Source: Lophium mytilinum
Taxonomy: Eukaryota
Assembly (NCBI GenBank): GCA_010093605.1
Contig: MU004189.1
Location: forward strand, 1,619,834 to 1,683,833
Direction: 5' to 3'
DNA length: 64,000 nucleotides
The position numbers and the translations under genes were made by a program. Below the pieces are notes generated by a model. It ran no database searches. It was not told the origin of the DNA and saw nothing but the letters and a program-made list of their open reading frames with translations. This document shows, one piece after another, positions 1 through 11,526 of this stretch (position 1 is the stretch's first letter; the number at the start of each line of letters is the position of its first letter).

Positions 1-3000
1 TTAAATTTCTGACGATGCTTCGGGGAACCCTCGTGTCCGCAATTTATACCAAGACCACCGAGATCAGTATCGGTGCCCTCGATGACTCCGCCGCTGTTAC
101 TCTTATGAGCACAGATGTGGAGAGACTCGTTAAAGGTCTTCGGGGCATGCATGACCTTTGGGCAAACGTTCTCCAATTCATCCTGGCTACATGGTTGCTA
201 GGGGAGAAACTTGGGTGGGCCTGCGTTGCTCCTATCATAGTCACGATAGGTACCCGTCCAGCAGCCTTTAGCATCGAAATCCTGCTGATGGCATTCAATC
301 TATAGTGTCCGCCGCGGTAACTTTGCGCCTCTCGTCAACGACCCAAAAGAAGCAGCTCAAGTGGATCATGCGAATTCAAAAGCGCATTGGTAGGTAGCAA
401 CCTTCCGTATCTTGAATGCATGCTGACATCTAAATTCGTCCCAGGTGTTACTTCGAGTATGCTTGGTTCTATCAAAGGCATTAAAATAGCGGGTTTGACC
501 AGAAAGCTCACGGACCTCATCCAAAATTTACGAAAAGATGAAGTCAAAGATGCCAAAGGCTTTTGGTTGCTCGGAGCTTATACCTCTACGCTAGGATTTG
601 TTCCCCTCTTGATATCGCCCGTCGCAACGTTTGCCATCTTTGCCGTCATTGCGGCTAAAGACCATTCTACCATGGACGCCCCACGCCTCTTTACTTCCTT
701 GTCATTACTGATGCTTTTGACTCAGCCGCTATTTTCCCTGTTCGGAGATATCGTCGACCTGAGGGCTACATTTGGATGCTTTGAAAGGATTGAGAAGTTT
801 TTGCTATCCGAGACTAGATCCGACCACCGACTTGTGTTGTCCCCTCCATCCACATCATCGAGTCGAATGTCCCAGCCTGCACTATCCTCCAGGAGTCAGA
901 ATTGGGATGCATCAAACGACAATATTGAGCTCGTCGGCATATCCCAAGTCTCCAGGAATCAGAACAGCATCGGGTCTAACTCCGGGATCGTAAGCATACG
1001 AGACGGCGCCTTCGGTTGGAAGCAAGACGAGGAGCCCGTGTTGCGAGACATTAATCTGGAAATTCGGTCATCGGAGCTGACGATGTTAATCGGTCCCGTT
1101 GCTTCTGGAAAATCCACTCTGCTGAAAGCTATTCTGGGTGAAACCCCAAGCTCAATGGGATTCGTTCATGTCTCAACACTTGATATAGCGTGGTGCGAGC
1201 AAACTCCTTGGCTCTCAGTAAGCCCCTAAACACTCACTGGCTCGTCTCCTTGCTGATGATATACTTCTCAGAACTCTTCCGTCCGAAAGACCATTCTTGG
1301 CTTCTCGAGCTTCAACCAGGACCATTACAAGGCTGTGGTCTACAGGTAAGTTCTCGGGCGCTGTTTTACTTCTTGGCTATACTAACTGTCCACAGCTGCG
1401 ATCTTGAGAATGATATCGACTCTTTTCCCAATGGTGATCAGACTATCGTAGGAAGTAATGGCGTTTCCTTGAGCAGCGGCCAGAAGCAAAGACTTGCAAT
1501 CGCTCGAGCAATCTACTCTAAGAGGAAACTTGCAATCTTCGATGATGTTTTCAGTAGCATGGATGCCACTACTCAGAGTAACGTTTTTGATCGTTTGTTT
1601 GGGCCTCATGGCCTATTGCGTCAGTGGGGAACAACGGTCATCATCGCTACGCATGCAGGTACTGTTCCTTATTTCGCGGTTTCTCCCTTGCGCTCCACTA
1701 ATGTAACGTACGTAGTGACACTTCTTCCACACGCTGATCACATCATTGCACTTGGAACCAATGGGAGAATAATAGAGCAGGGCACTTTCGACGAGTTGAA
1801 CGTTGCTGATGGATACGTTCGGAGCTTTTGTCTCAAGAGCCGTGTTCAAAGGCCCGCCGATGAGATAACGCCGACTGATGCAACTACGAGTGACGCCTCA
1901 AACCCGCCCAAGAAAAATGAGCCAAAATCCGCCGCTGCCGGAGACAAAGCCAGGCAACTCGGCGATTGGTCAATTTACCGCTATTATTTCCAAACTATTG
2001 GGTGGAAGTTGACTTGTGTATTCTTTCTTCTAGAGATCTGCTGGGCATTCTTTTCTACATTTCCAAGTAAGTTGACTGAGAAATAATTTCTATGTATCAT
2101 GTCGCATCCATGCTGACTCTGACTAGCTATCTGGTTGAAGTGGTACTCTGACTCCAACGCTGCTCAACCAAACCAGCATACGGGTTACTATCTGGGTGTG
2201 TATGCGGCTCTCCAAGTCATTGGGCTAAGTGGGTTCGCGTTCCTAACGTGGTGAGTTCTCTGACTTAGCAATGTCATTGGCGCAAATTCGGGTGCTAATC
2301 ATGTTCCGCAACCAACAGGTTCTCGTTCAACATCATGGCTATGAAGGCTGGCACGAGACTACACGAAATCACTCTAAAAACAGTGATGGGGTAGGAACTT
2401 ATCCATTTCTAGGATTCATAGTGTGCTAATCGAAATTGCAGAGCTCCCATGTCATTCTTCAGCAATACAGACACCGGATCAATTGTCACTAGGTATCTAA
2501 CAAAGCCCATTTCGGCCGCATCAATTCTCACTCTGCTTCAGGTTTAGCCAGGATATGCAGCTCATCGACGGCAGCCTTCCGCTTGCCCTCATGGCCGTTG
2601 TAGCAAGTACGTTATGACCAATCGAATACTGAGTCCTTCTCAGTTAGCTGAACCCTATTGTAGATCTGCTCATTTGCCTCGGCCAAATGGCACTCATCGC
2701 ATCTGCTGCATACTACGTTGCCATTAGCTTTCCATTGCTCCTAGTCGTGTTTTATTCCGTGCAGAAATACTATCTGAGGACGTCCAGACAAATGCGCTTC
2801 CTAGATCTCGAAGAGAAAGCACCGGTATAGTAAGTTAATATGCTTCTTGAGTAAAGTATCTTTCCCTAACGCGATTGTACTATAGCACACAATTCATTGA
2901 ATCTCTCAGTGGGCTTGCGACTATCCGAGCCTTTTCTTGGCAGAAACCTTCTATTGAGCACAACCATAAGCTGGTTGACAACTCCCAGAAGCCGTTCTAC

Positions 3001-4179
3001 CTTCTATTCATGATCCAAACCTGGCTCACCCTAGTCCTCGATCTCATTACCATGGCACTTGCTATTCTTGTAGTCGCGGTCGCCGTAAAGATGCGCGACA
3101 CCATCTCCGTTGGATTTACTGGTGTTTCGCTCACCCAGATCATCTCTTTCACAGCAAACCTGAAGCTGTGTCTGTTGTTTTGGACTCAGTTGGAAACGTC
3201 AATAGGTGCTGTGGCCAGGGTCAAACAGTTCAGCAATAGCACCGCGAACGAAAATGTGGCGTCGGAGAATCAGGAACCACCCACGGAATGGCCACAGACA
3301 GGAGCTGTAAAGATCGAGAACGTCTGTGCAGCGTACATGTAAGTCTGACTTCGCCATTGAATCAATCCGTGCTTACAATGCTCCGTAAAGTGCAAATGCC
3401 GATAAAGCGTTAGACGACGTCTCACTCTCTGTGCGCCCCGGCGAGAAGGTCGGCATTTGTGGTCGGACAGGCAGTGGGAAAAGCACCCTCACGCTTGCCC
3501 TTGTTCGTATGATCGAGCTTACAGCAGGGAAAATCACCATTGACGATCTCGATATCTGCACAATGCCACGTCATCGAGTTCGCTCTCAGCTTAATGTCAT
3601 GGGCCCAGACCCCTACTTTCTCGACGGAACTGTTCGCTTGAACCTCGACCCGCATTCCAATGCTACAGACGATGCGATGGCCACAGCTCTGAGGAAAGTA
3701 CAGCTGTGGGATAAGTTGACGCCTAAAGGCGGATCAGACGCTGAGTACGGAGACGATATGTTTAGCCATGGTCAGAAGCAGTTGTTTTGCCTGGCCAGAG
3801 CGATGCTGCGGCCCGGGAAACTAGTGATAATGGATGAAGTGACGAGCAGGTAGGCATCCGTTTCTTCCCCCCCTCTCCTCCTTCTCTACTTCTGCATATC
3901 CTAACCCATCTACTTCGTATCAGCGTCGATCTAGATACAGACGCGTTGATGCAGTCCCTCATCCGTACTGAGTTCCAACATTGTACCGTCATAACCATTG
4001 CGCACCGTATCGAAACGATCCTAGACTATGACCGCGTCATTGTTATGGATAAGGGAACGATCGCCGAGTCCGGGAATCCACAGCTGCTTTTGGAGCAGGA
4101 CTCCATGTTCAAGGCATTGTATGATTCTGCTCGGATCGATCGGCAAGGGAAGGGGAAAGGGAAAGCTCTAGAGGCTTGA
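1..4179 (+). CDS. ABCC/MRP-type ABC transporter, multi-exon, 5' end outside window
   Basis: TMD segments; NBD1 Walker A GPVASGKS and signature LSSGQKQR with Walker B IFDD; NBD2 GRTGSGKS, FSHGQKQLFCLARA, IMDE, TIAHR. ORF pieces are separated by short GT..AG introns with CTRAC branch sites. Stop TGA at 4177-4179. Confidence 0.95.
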
Positions 4180-5360
4180 GTATGCGCGATGGTGAGCTGA
4201 GCGAGGTGGCTTCTTAGGGTAAATGCGACTCGCCCGGCCTCTGCGATGGAATTTGTAGCACTCGCATTTGTCGAAGGTCACTAAAACCCATCTAACTGTA
4301 GGTCTCATTAGCACTCTCGATGTCGTTTTTCTGATAGTGGGTTTGATCCCCCCGAAGGAGCCTTACTGGTAGTGAAGCCTGGCTAGAGGAATTGAGCTCC
4401 TAAGGCTCCATTAGTAGGCTTGACTAAATTCAAGAACAGCTGTTGTCATGCGCCGAGAGCAAGCGTAAACAGATGTAGTTGTTTCAGTACTGGCTCGTCG
4501 TTCACAGTATAGCAAGATACCGCCGGTCAAGTCATCCCACTGCGCCTCGCACTCCTTCAGTTCTTGGCAGGTACCTCCAACGAAAGATTAATCCGCTATC
4601 ATAGTCCCTTCCAACGCCGGTGGTGTATCTCGATGGAGTCGGCTTGCATCGCTGAAGTCTGTCATTCACTGTCCAGGCAACAGACTCAGCATGCCCCGTT
4701 CGGTCGTCTCAATTGAGTGTTTGATGTCATTTCGAGGACGTAAAAAAGCCTGGAAAGACCCCCAAGAGCAATTTAACCTGCTGTATATATCCTATTCGTC
4801 AAGTTTCATGCCCGGTTCGTGTTGTGGTTGGTCGACTCCTAACCCCCGAACCCACCTCCCTCGCCAACTGCAACCACAACCACAGCATACCCATCCACTG
4901 CCTTTCTCATGGCTAACACTATGCCACTCCTCTCTCGTTCCGGCCTTCTTCCAAGAGTCTTGTCGTCTATAGAATCATTGTTTGTGTTGCGTCTCTTGAG
5001 AAGTAGATGGTGAGATGCATCGCCCGCCGCTCCTCAGTCATCATTCACCAAAACCTCCCAGAATCAGGGCATTTCTTTCCACGACATTCCATGCCTTGAT
5101 GCCGGTGATATGCGTACTCGTGCCTGTCCCGGAAAATGAATTTCGTCGGGGTATTTCAACTCGCCTCCTGCCACGTACCTCGACCTTTCATCAACACAAT
5201 ACACCAACTTACAGCTGGAGACGTGTCCATCCAACGACACTTTTGCTTCCACCTGTAACGACTGCGTACTATCTCACCCTGTGTATTGCAACTCTAATCT
5301 CTTCTCTCTCCTCCTCGAAAGCTTCCTTCACCAGCGAGTTTGGTAGTCAAAACCGCCGCC

Positions 5361-7832
5361 ATGCTGTGGTACGCTCCAATCCTCTGCGCACTGCAGCTGT
5401 ACAGTGCGCTGTTCCCCAAGGACTCAGTTTCGGGCGCTTTCACTCACTCAACCGAGCTCATCGCGAGCATCCTTCCGTTGCTCCTCGTTGCTATGTATCC
5501 GCAGCTGGGCAATGACTTCTCCTTCGAGCTACCATTCGACCTGGCAGTCAGCGATCAGTCTCTAGCCACCATCAACCCCCTGGGAAGCGACATATCCCTG
5601 GTTGAGGACTTCAACAAGTCCATCTTCGCTCCTTCCTGTAGCGCTACCTATCAACCTGAGGGCTTGAACATGCCGCTGTGGAGTGCAATCCTTCCTAGCT
5701 CTACGGACAACTCGCAAAAGCCATTCACTACGGGCCACCCCGAAACCTCCTCTTCTTCTGGTCGCCCTCCTAGCTCCTCCTCCACTACCTTCACTACTCG
5801 GCCATCGGTTCGCTCTTCTTCGAACAGTCATCGCCCTCGGCCATCGGTTCGTTCTTCTTCGAACAGTCGTCGTCGTACAAGTCCCAAGTCCAAGCCCATG
5901 TCGGATATCTCTTTCCTCGACAGATTGCTATCAGTCGTTGTCAAATACTATCGGGTCTATGACAGTTGGGTGGTCTTGCCAGCACTCACAAAGATTTACC
6001 AGTTCTTTGCGGACTGTCTCGCCTTTTGGTACAAATTTGACCGCTTCATTATCTTGCCCATACTGATCAAGCTTGACAACATGGTCCAAGCTGTCCATGC
6101 TACGGTCTACAGATCAGTTCACCTTATCCAGCAGCTGTGTCACGGATTCGTTGAGGTCTTCCGCGGCGACTCTCACTGGTCCGCTCAGCTAACTCGGCCT
6201 ATACTCACCAAGGTTGCATCGTCGAAAATGCCAACTTACTTCCGAATTGTTCAAGGCTGCTCGTACACGGCCTTCCTGTTCCTCGTAAAAGCCTTCTCTG
6301 TGCCGATTGCTTTCATGATTGTCATTCTCAACACAGTGACAGGATGGTTAGAATCTTCATACGCGAGACCCTCATCCCTGATCGCAGCGCTGGTAAATTT
6401 GGCAAAGGCACTGAACTGTAACCACGGCACTTTCCTCGAGAAACTTGTTTACGAGCAAGGTATGGTCAAGATGTGTGGAGAGCTAGCTTCCTTGGCTTTT
6501 CCGGTCCTGCTTGTCGTGACATGGTTCGTGATCACTCTCCCGTTCTACATCAAAGCGTACATGGGGGTCTACACTAAGCTGTGGCGATTTCTGAAGTCTC
6601 CAGCCAGGACTATCAATGACACTCGCCGTCTCGTCAGAGCCTACGTAACAACGCTCCCAGAGAAGTACCGATCTTTCAAGACAACGTCCTGCGAGGTATG
6701 GCAGTTCCTTCCAATGTATTGGGCAGAGCTCTGCAACAGCCACCCAGTTCTCAGAATAGTTCTCTATATTCCCTCGGTGGTTGCCATGACGCTGGGTGTG
6801 GTAGTCTACACGCTTGGTGCCATAGTTCTCCTCGTCTTCGTCCGAAGTCTGCTGTTCGAGTTGTTCTTGTGGAACTTCGTGGCCAAGAAATTCATTTGGG
6901 GATTCCTTTTGAAAACTTGTATATCGGATGCCCTTCTCGAGAAGTTCTTGGGGCACTTTGTTCTGGAAACTATCACGTGGGAACTGTTGATACAAACCTT
7001 CACATACGAATTCTGGCTCAAGAAGGTCGTCTGGCGAGGAATAGTAGAAACTATACTCTGGAGACTTCTATATTGTCGCTGTATTCGCGCAAATACACGC
7101 CGTTTCATGAACTGGTTCGATGAAACAAAGCTCGGATTGCATACCACTAGGCTCCGGTGGCACTATGGGGACTGTGTGGATGCGTGGGCCCCCATCCGGG
7201 AGGAGGATAGGCTCGCGTTCAGACCCCCTGGCCACTTTCACGACGAGTGGCAGGGTGTGCCAATTTCGACAATCTTGTGGTGCATCAGGTCGCTCACGGA
7301 GAGAAAGAAGTACCTGGCACGAGCTATCGGAGTTGCCCAGCTTGAATACTTCATGCTCGAGTTCAAGTACAAGGTTTGGAACCATAACACGGGAGCGTGG
7401 ATGTTTAACGACCACCAATTTCCTTATGAACAGCGTCTTAAATGGTTCCAACGTTACTTGCAACTTCAAAAGGAGCAGCATCCTGTCCAACCCATCCCAG
7501 GCCTATCGTTCAACTATTCCGGGATGCCTCCAGAAACCCTGTGCAGAGCCGACTACGAACAGCAGCACGCCGCCTTGCAGGAATGGATACACTCTGGGAA
7601 GACGCTTCTCGACCTCATTCGCGAAGAGAACGCGAAGTTGAAGCGATTATCCAAAGGCCGACGACCCTCCGAGTTCAAGTTCGGCCCCAGTTTCGACGAG
7701 CTGTGCCCGTTGCCAGCAGCGCCAGTAGATTACAGCGCGCCCTATGAGATATTCCGGCAATACCTTCATCTCTGTTGCTCACACGGGATCGAACCTGATA
7801 TCCGTGTCAGTCGGGGCTTTGTAGCTTCTTAA
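5361..7832 (+). CDS. Uncharacterised intronless multi-pass membrane protein (~820 aa)
   Basis: 2.5-kb uninterrupted ORF with first ATG at 5361, hydrophobic N-terminus, Ser/Arg-rich linker and several hydrophobic aromatic-rich helices. No recognised family motif. Confidence 0.6.
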   Translation: MLWYAPILCALQLYSALFPKDSVSGAFTHSTELIASILPLLLVAMYPQLGNDFSFELPFDLAVSDQSLATINPLGSDISLVEDFNKSIFAPSCSATYQPEGLNMPLWSAILPSSTDNSQKPFTTGHPETSSSSGRPPSSSSTTFTTRPSVRSSSNSHRPRPSVRSSSNSRRRTSPKSKPMSDISFLDRLLSVVVKYYRVYDSWVVLPALTKIYQFFADCLAFWYKFDRFIILPILIKLDNMVQAVHATVYRSVHLIQQLCHGFVEVFRGDSHWSAQLTRPILTKVASSKMPTYFRIVQGCSYTAFLFLVKAFSVPIAFMIVILNTVTGWLESSYARPSSLIAALVNLAKALNCNHGTFLEKLVYEQGMVKMCGELASLAFPVLLVVTWFVITLPFYIKAYMGVYTKLWRFLKSPARTINDTRRLVRAYVTTLPEKYRSFKTTSCEVWQFLPMYWAELCNSHPVLRIVLYIPSVVAMTLGVVVYTLGAIVLLVFVRSLLFELFLWNFVAKKFIWGFLLKTCISDALLEKFLGHFVLETITWELLIQTFTYEFWLKKVVWRGIVETILWRLLYCRCIRANTRRFMNWFDETKLGLHTTRLRWHYGDCVDAWAPIREEDRLAFRPPGHFHDEWQGVPISTILWCIRSLTERKKYLARAIGVAQLEYFMLEFKYKVWNHNTGAWMFNDHQFPYEQRLKWFQRYLQLQKEQHPVQPIPGLSFNYSGMPPETLCRADYEQQHAALQEWIHSGKTLLDLIREENAKLKRLSKGRRPSEFKFGPSFDELCPLPAAPVDYSAPYEIFRQYLHLCCSHGIEPDIRVSRGFVAS
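5797..5874 (+). repeat. 2 x 39-bp tandem repeat inside the ORF (RPSVRSSSNS)
   Basis: ctcggccatcggttcgctcttcttcgaacagtcatcgcc followed directly by ctcggccatcggttcgttcttcttcgaacagtcgtcgtc. Confidence 0.9.
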
Positions 7833-7948
7833 GCTTCTTTTCTTTTCCTGTGTCTCCTTATTCTTCTGTCTCTGCAACTTTGTCCCGACAACCCCTGTAA
7901 TTATCCCCGTGTACCCACAAAAGTCCCCGTATCTCATTGTAGATACCT

Positions 7949-8038
7949 TGTCCCTTTCTCAGTTCGTCGATATCCCTAACAGGATTTTCTGTCCCTTTTC
8001 ACAGCTCGTGGATATCCCTAACAGGATATCCTGTCCTT
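7949..8038. repeat. ~2.2 x 41-42-bp tandem repeat containing a 14-bp palindrome
   Basis: The unit tgtcccttt..cag(t/c)tcgt(c/g)gatatccctaacaggat occurs twice; acaggatatcctgt (8021-8034) is a perfect palindrome. Confidence 0.85.
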
Positions 8039-8777
8039 CGGGCACTGCATTTGTTTCTGTCCCTTTCCAGCATTGCGTGCGTAGCGAGCGATACCCCCCA
8101 AAAAGATACGGCACAGATACCCCTTCCCCCAAAATGCAGAGACAGATTATTATGAAGATTTGGTGCCTTGCATTGATGTGCTGACCGTGATCGTGATGTG
8201 AGGCTGGGAGTGTGGAGGGTGGCGCAGGTGGTTAGAAATGAAGATGGGTTGGTGGACCGGCTTTGCGAAATGGAAAGGCAGTAAGGAAAAGCGATGTGAT
8301 GATAGTGGTGTTGAGAATCACACGTTTGATGAGTAGATTTAATGCCCGATCTTTGAAGCTGAAAGTGGGAATCGGAGAGTAACTCTGGAAGTTTTGACAA
8401 TGTAGATGAATTGACGAAGCACCTCCAGCGGTTGCGAAGCATGTCATGATTGATATGGAAAGCCTAAGATTGGGAATTGCAACTACTGATAGGTAAATCT
8501 GCTATCTCACATCCGCAGGTGAGGGGCTCCGACCCCATCCGCTTAGGTGCTATTCGAAAGCGCGCTGAAGCACACTCTCAAGATCAAGATATCTTCTCCT
8601 ACCTCGCAAATCGCCCTCAGCCCCACCAAGATATATTCGGCCGTCATACCTAGGATATCATAAACCCAGCCCCGTAAATGCCGCTATGAATATATTCATA
8701 ATGCGTGTACACATTGAGCACATTGAAACACCCCTGACCCGCATTCTCTTGGCCGATATATTAGGTTCTCTTGGAAG

Positions 8778-10483
8778 CTAGTATTTGGGCTGGAACGGCA
8801 TAGTCTTCATCTGCGAAATTGGGTTTTTGTCTGCGACGTCAAAGATCGCATAGAGCCACTTCAAGATGATAAAGAAGGCATCTGGCTCGCCCATATGCTT
8901 CTTATCAGGGACAAAACTGTAAGGCATATTAGTGTTCAGATCTGATCGCCTGTAAAAGGACCTCGAAGCTGGCGTCATTGCGCGGCTGTGGAAAACTCAC
9001 CGAGCTTCTTTTGGCGCGCCGTGCTGTAGTGCAAGATAGTAGTCATCGATGGGGAAGATTTCGTCTTCCGTACCCTATTACACGTCAGGATACTGCGAGT
9101 TGAGCTGGGGAAAGCGAAGAGTTTACGTTGACCAGCAATAGCCTGGCACACTCCGGCTTGTCAAGTGTGCCGTCTTTCAGCAGCGAGAACTTGTCTGAAG
9201 CCTCCTTCTTGAACTTCTCGATGTCATTCCCGTAACCGTATTTGTAGGCCAGGGTGTTGGCAAGGCTGTTGATATCATTAGCTTGAAAGACCCCCGACGC
9301 CTGTACGTTGGATTGAGCCTACTCAAAGGGATACTCTAAATGGTTGACCTGTTCCAGCCATGCAGGATCGAACATATGGTGCACGCCCCCTCCCTGAGAA
9401 ACCACTCCCGCCAAACGATGCGGTTGCATGTGCGCCAACCGAATGGCATAGTATCCGCCGGTTGAGAATGCCCAGACACACACCTTCTTCTTGTCAATCC
9501 GGTCTTGTGTGTCTATCCAGTCTAGCAAGCTCTCGTATTGCCTGTCCGGGCTCTTTGGGTCGCCAGGAAGCGCGGGTGAGTCTCCTGTTCCGGGAATCTC
9601 GAGCACAATAGTCCCTACACCCTTTTGTCGCCAGCCCTCCATCCACACGGAAAGTTCAGTCCTGTAGCCGTCAAGACCAGTCATGATGATCAGAAGAGGC
9701 GCCGGGGCTTCAGCGGTTGCAGTGTCGGGGAGGAGGTGGTAGATTGGGATATGGGCGCCTTCGCCTTCGATGGCATGTTTATGGGGGACCATGACTTCGT
9801 GAACGGGGTGTGGTCTCAATCTGCATTTGCACGACCTATGTTAGTGGCGCTGAAAGAGGAAAATTTGGGGGCTACGGAGTACGAACCCTAAGCCTTTGAT
9901 GCACATTTCCTTTCCCATCTTCCACGCATACTTCTGCTTCTCCGATCGCGGCGCTGGAAAGCGGGAGATGCGGTACACGGCCGAGGATCGCCTTGTTCGT
10001 TTATCAGTTGGTGTCTGATGCTTGGTCGACAATTCAGAAAGCTTACAGGTAGTACTCCGAAGCCTTCTCAATCTCGCCGGCCTTCTCAGCCTCCTGTGCA
10101 ATCTTTGTGAGTTCCTCAGCTTTGGGGAAATACACCTGGGCGTAAGCGTCCCAGTCGTACGGTTCCTTGAAGTCTTGCTGCGATAGCTATCAGCTGCGCC
10201 CCGGTATATCTAGGTGCCGCTATGAGGAGTTTCTTCGTACCTTCACAAGCTCGTCTACTATGGGCTGGAAGTCCTTGGTGGTGCCAAACATGAATGGGTA
10301 TACGCCCATACTAGCCTATGAAAACGATGGTATTAGCACCGCTAAATGTACACTCTCGAGATAGTGGAAGCGTCGTACTGGAGCCTTCCATTTCGTCTCC
10401 CACAGCTGCTTGAAGGACTCATGATGGGCCGCGGTTTTCTTGAAGTTCTTCTGGATGAAGAACTCGCCTCCTGGTGCTGCCAT
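8778..10483 (-). CDS. ayg1: Ayg1-like alpha/beta-hydrolase (polyketide chain-shortening, DHN-melanin type), multi-exon
   Basis: N-terminus MAAPGGEFFIQKNFKKTAAHHESFKQLWETKWKAP; motifs AVYRISRFP, IMTGLDGYR, EIPGTGDSP, nucleophile elbow WAFSTGGYYA, HHMFDPAWL..HLEYPF, C-terminal KKHMGEP. Confidence 0.85.
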
Positions 10484-11526
10484 TGTTTAGGAGAGCTATA
10501 TTCAAGGTACCGACAGGTTGTTACGGTGAGAAGTGAGGACGAAAGAGGTTGAGATTGGGTTGCACAAGGGACGGGATTATGACGAGTAATGCCCCACGGG
10601 AGCAGTGTTCTATTTATGCGGCATGAACCGTAGTTCGGACTCTTTTTGCACGGGGCCCGAGTCCGGGAGGGCCTTAATCCGCGAGGTCTCTATAAACGCG
10701 TCGGTCTACACAAAACGCGAGGCACCGCTATGTCCGTGTGGGGAGCCGGCGGGGAGGGGCTTCGGGGTGCCACTTGGATGCCTGAGGCTGCGACTTTCTG
10801 TAAGACAAAGAATCTTACAGAAATATAGAGCGAATAATACTGAGAGCCCAAACATGGATAAGAGTTAAGGATGTGTAGTCGTGGCGTGGTGCTCACAAAA
10901 GTACTCTCAAAGACGTTGTTCCACGACACCTTGTAGGAAGGCTGATCCTAGAGAAGGATTGGCTATCCTAAGTCTAATCAGAATCGCGAACCCGTGTAAG
11001 ACATATAATTAAGAGCTTCACAAAATCAAGCAGAGTACAATCTACGCTGAGAGTATTGAGTCCTAATCTAGAGATATGCTGCTGTGGCGGTAGCTATAGA
11101 GATGCACCTACCCCTGAAGCTTCCACCCTTGCCTGCTAAGAATAACTGCGGGGTAAATCTTGGAGGCGATTCAGCCCTACGAAGTACCGCGAGCGTCCTC
11201 CAACACTTACATCGATCTTGTCGGTTTGCTACGATATGTTGGACAGTCTAATAGGCTTCCCCACGCCTTATGAAGGTATACCCCTACCGCAATTGGACCC
11301 ATCGAGGTATTTACATAGTATCAGCTGGAATGTCTCGAAGCCACCGTCTTCAGGTATTCATGGAGCCTAACTCGTTAGGGATACGGGGCGTATTGGGGGC
11401 GCACGAGGCTGAGGATGCGTCCTCGAGAGCTGAAAACTGCCAAAAACATGGATAGTCCCACATCTCGCCGCAAAGATACACGATAGCCTGACGGAAAGCC
11501 CGCATAAAAGTTCCTACTTGGACATC

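Noticed and set aside
4338..4410. B-box-like GGTTTGATCCC plus 9-bp inverted repeat GGAGCCTTA/TAAGGCTCC
   Set aside because: Mismatch at the invariant B-box C, no A box or terminator, and the stem is short enough to be chance.
8295..8362. C/D box snoRNA (GTGATGA..TGATGA..CTGA)
   Set aside because: Boxes are present, but there is no terminal stem and no rRNA-complementary guide that I can recognise. A snoscan/Rfam search would be needed.
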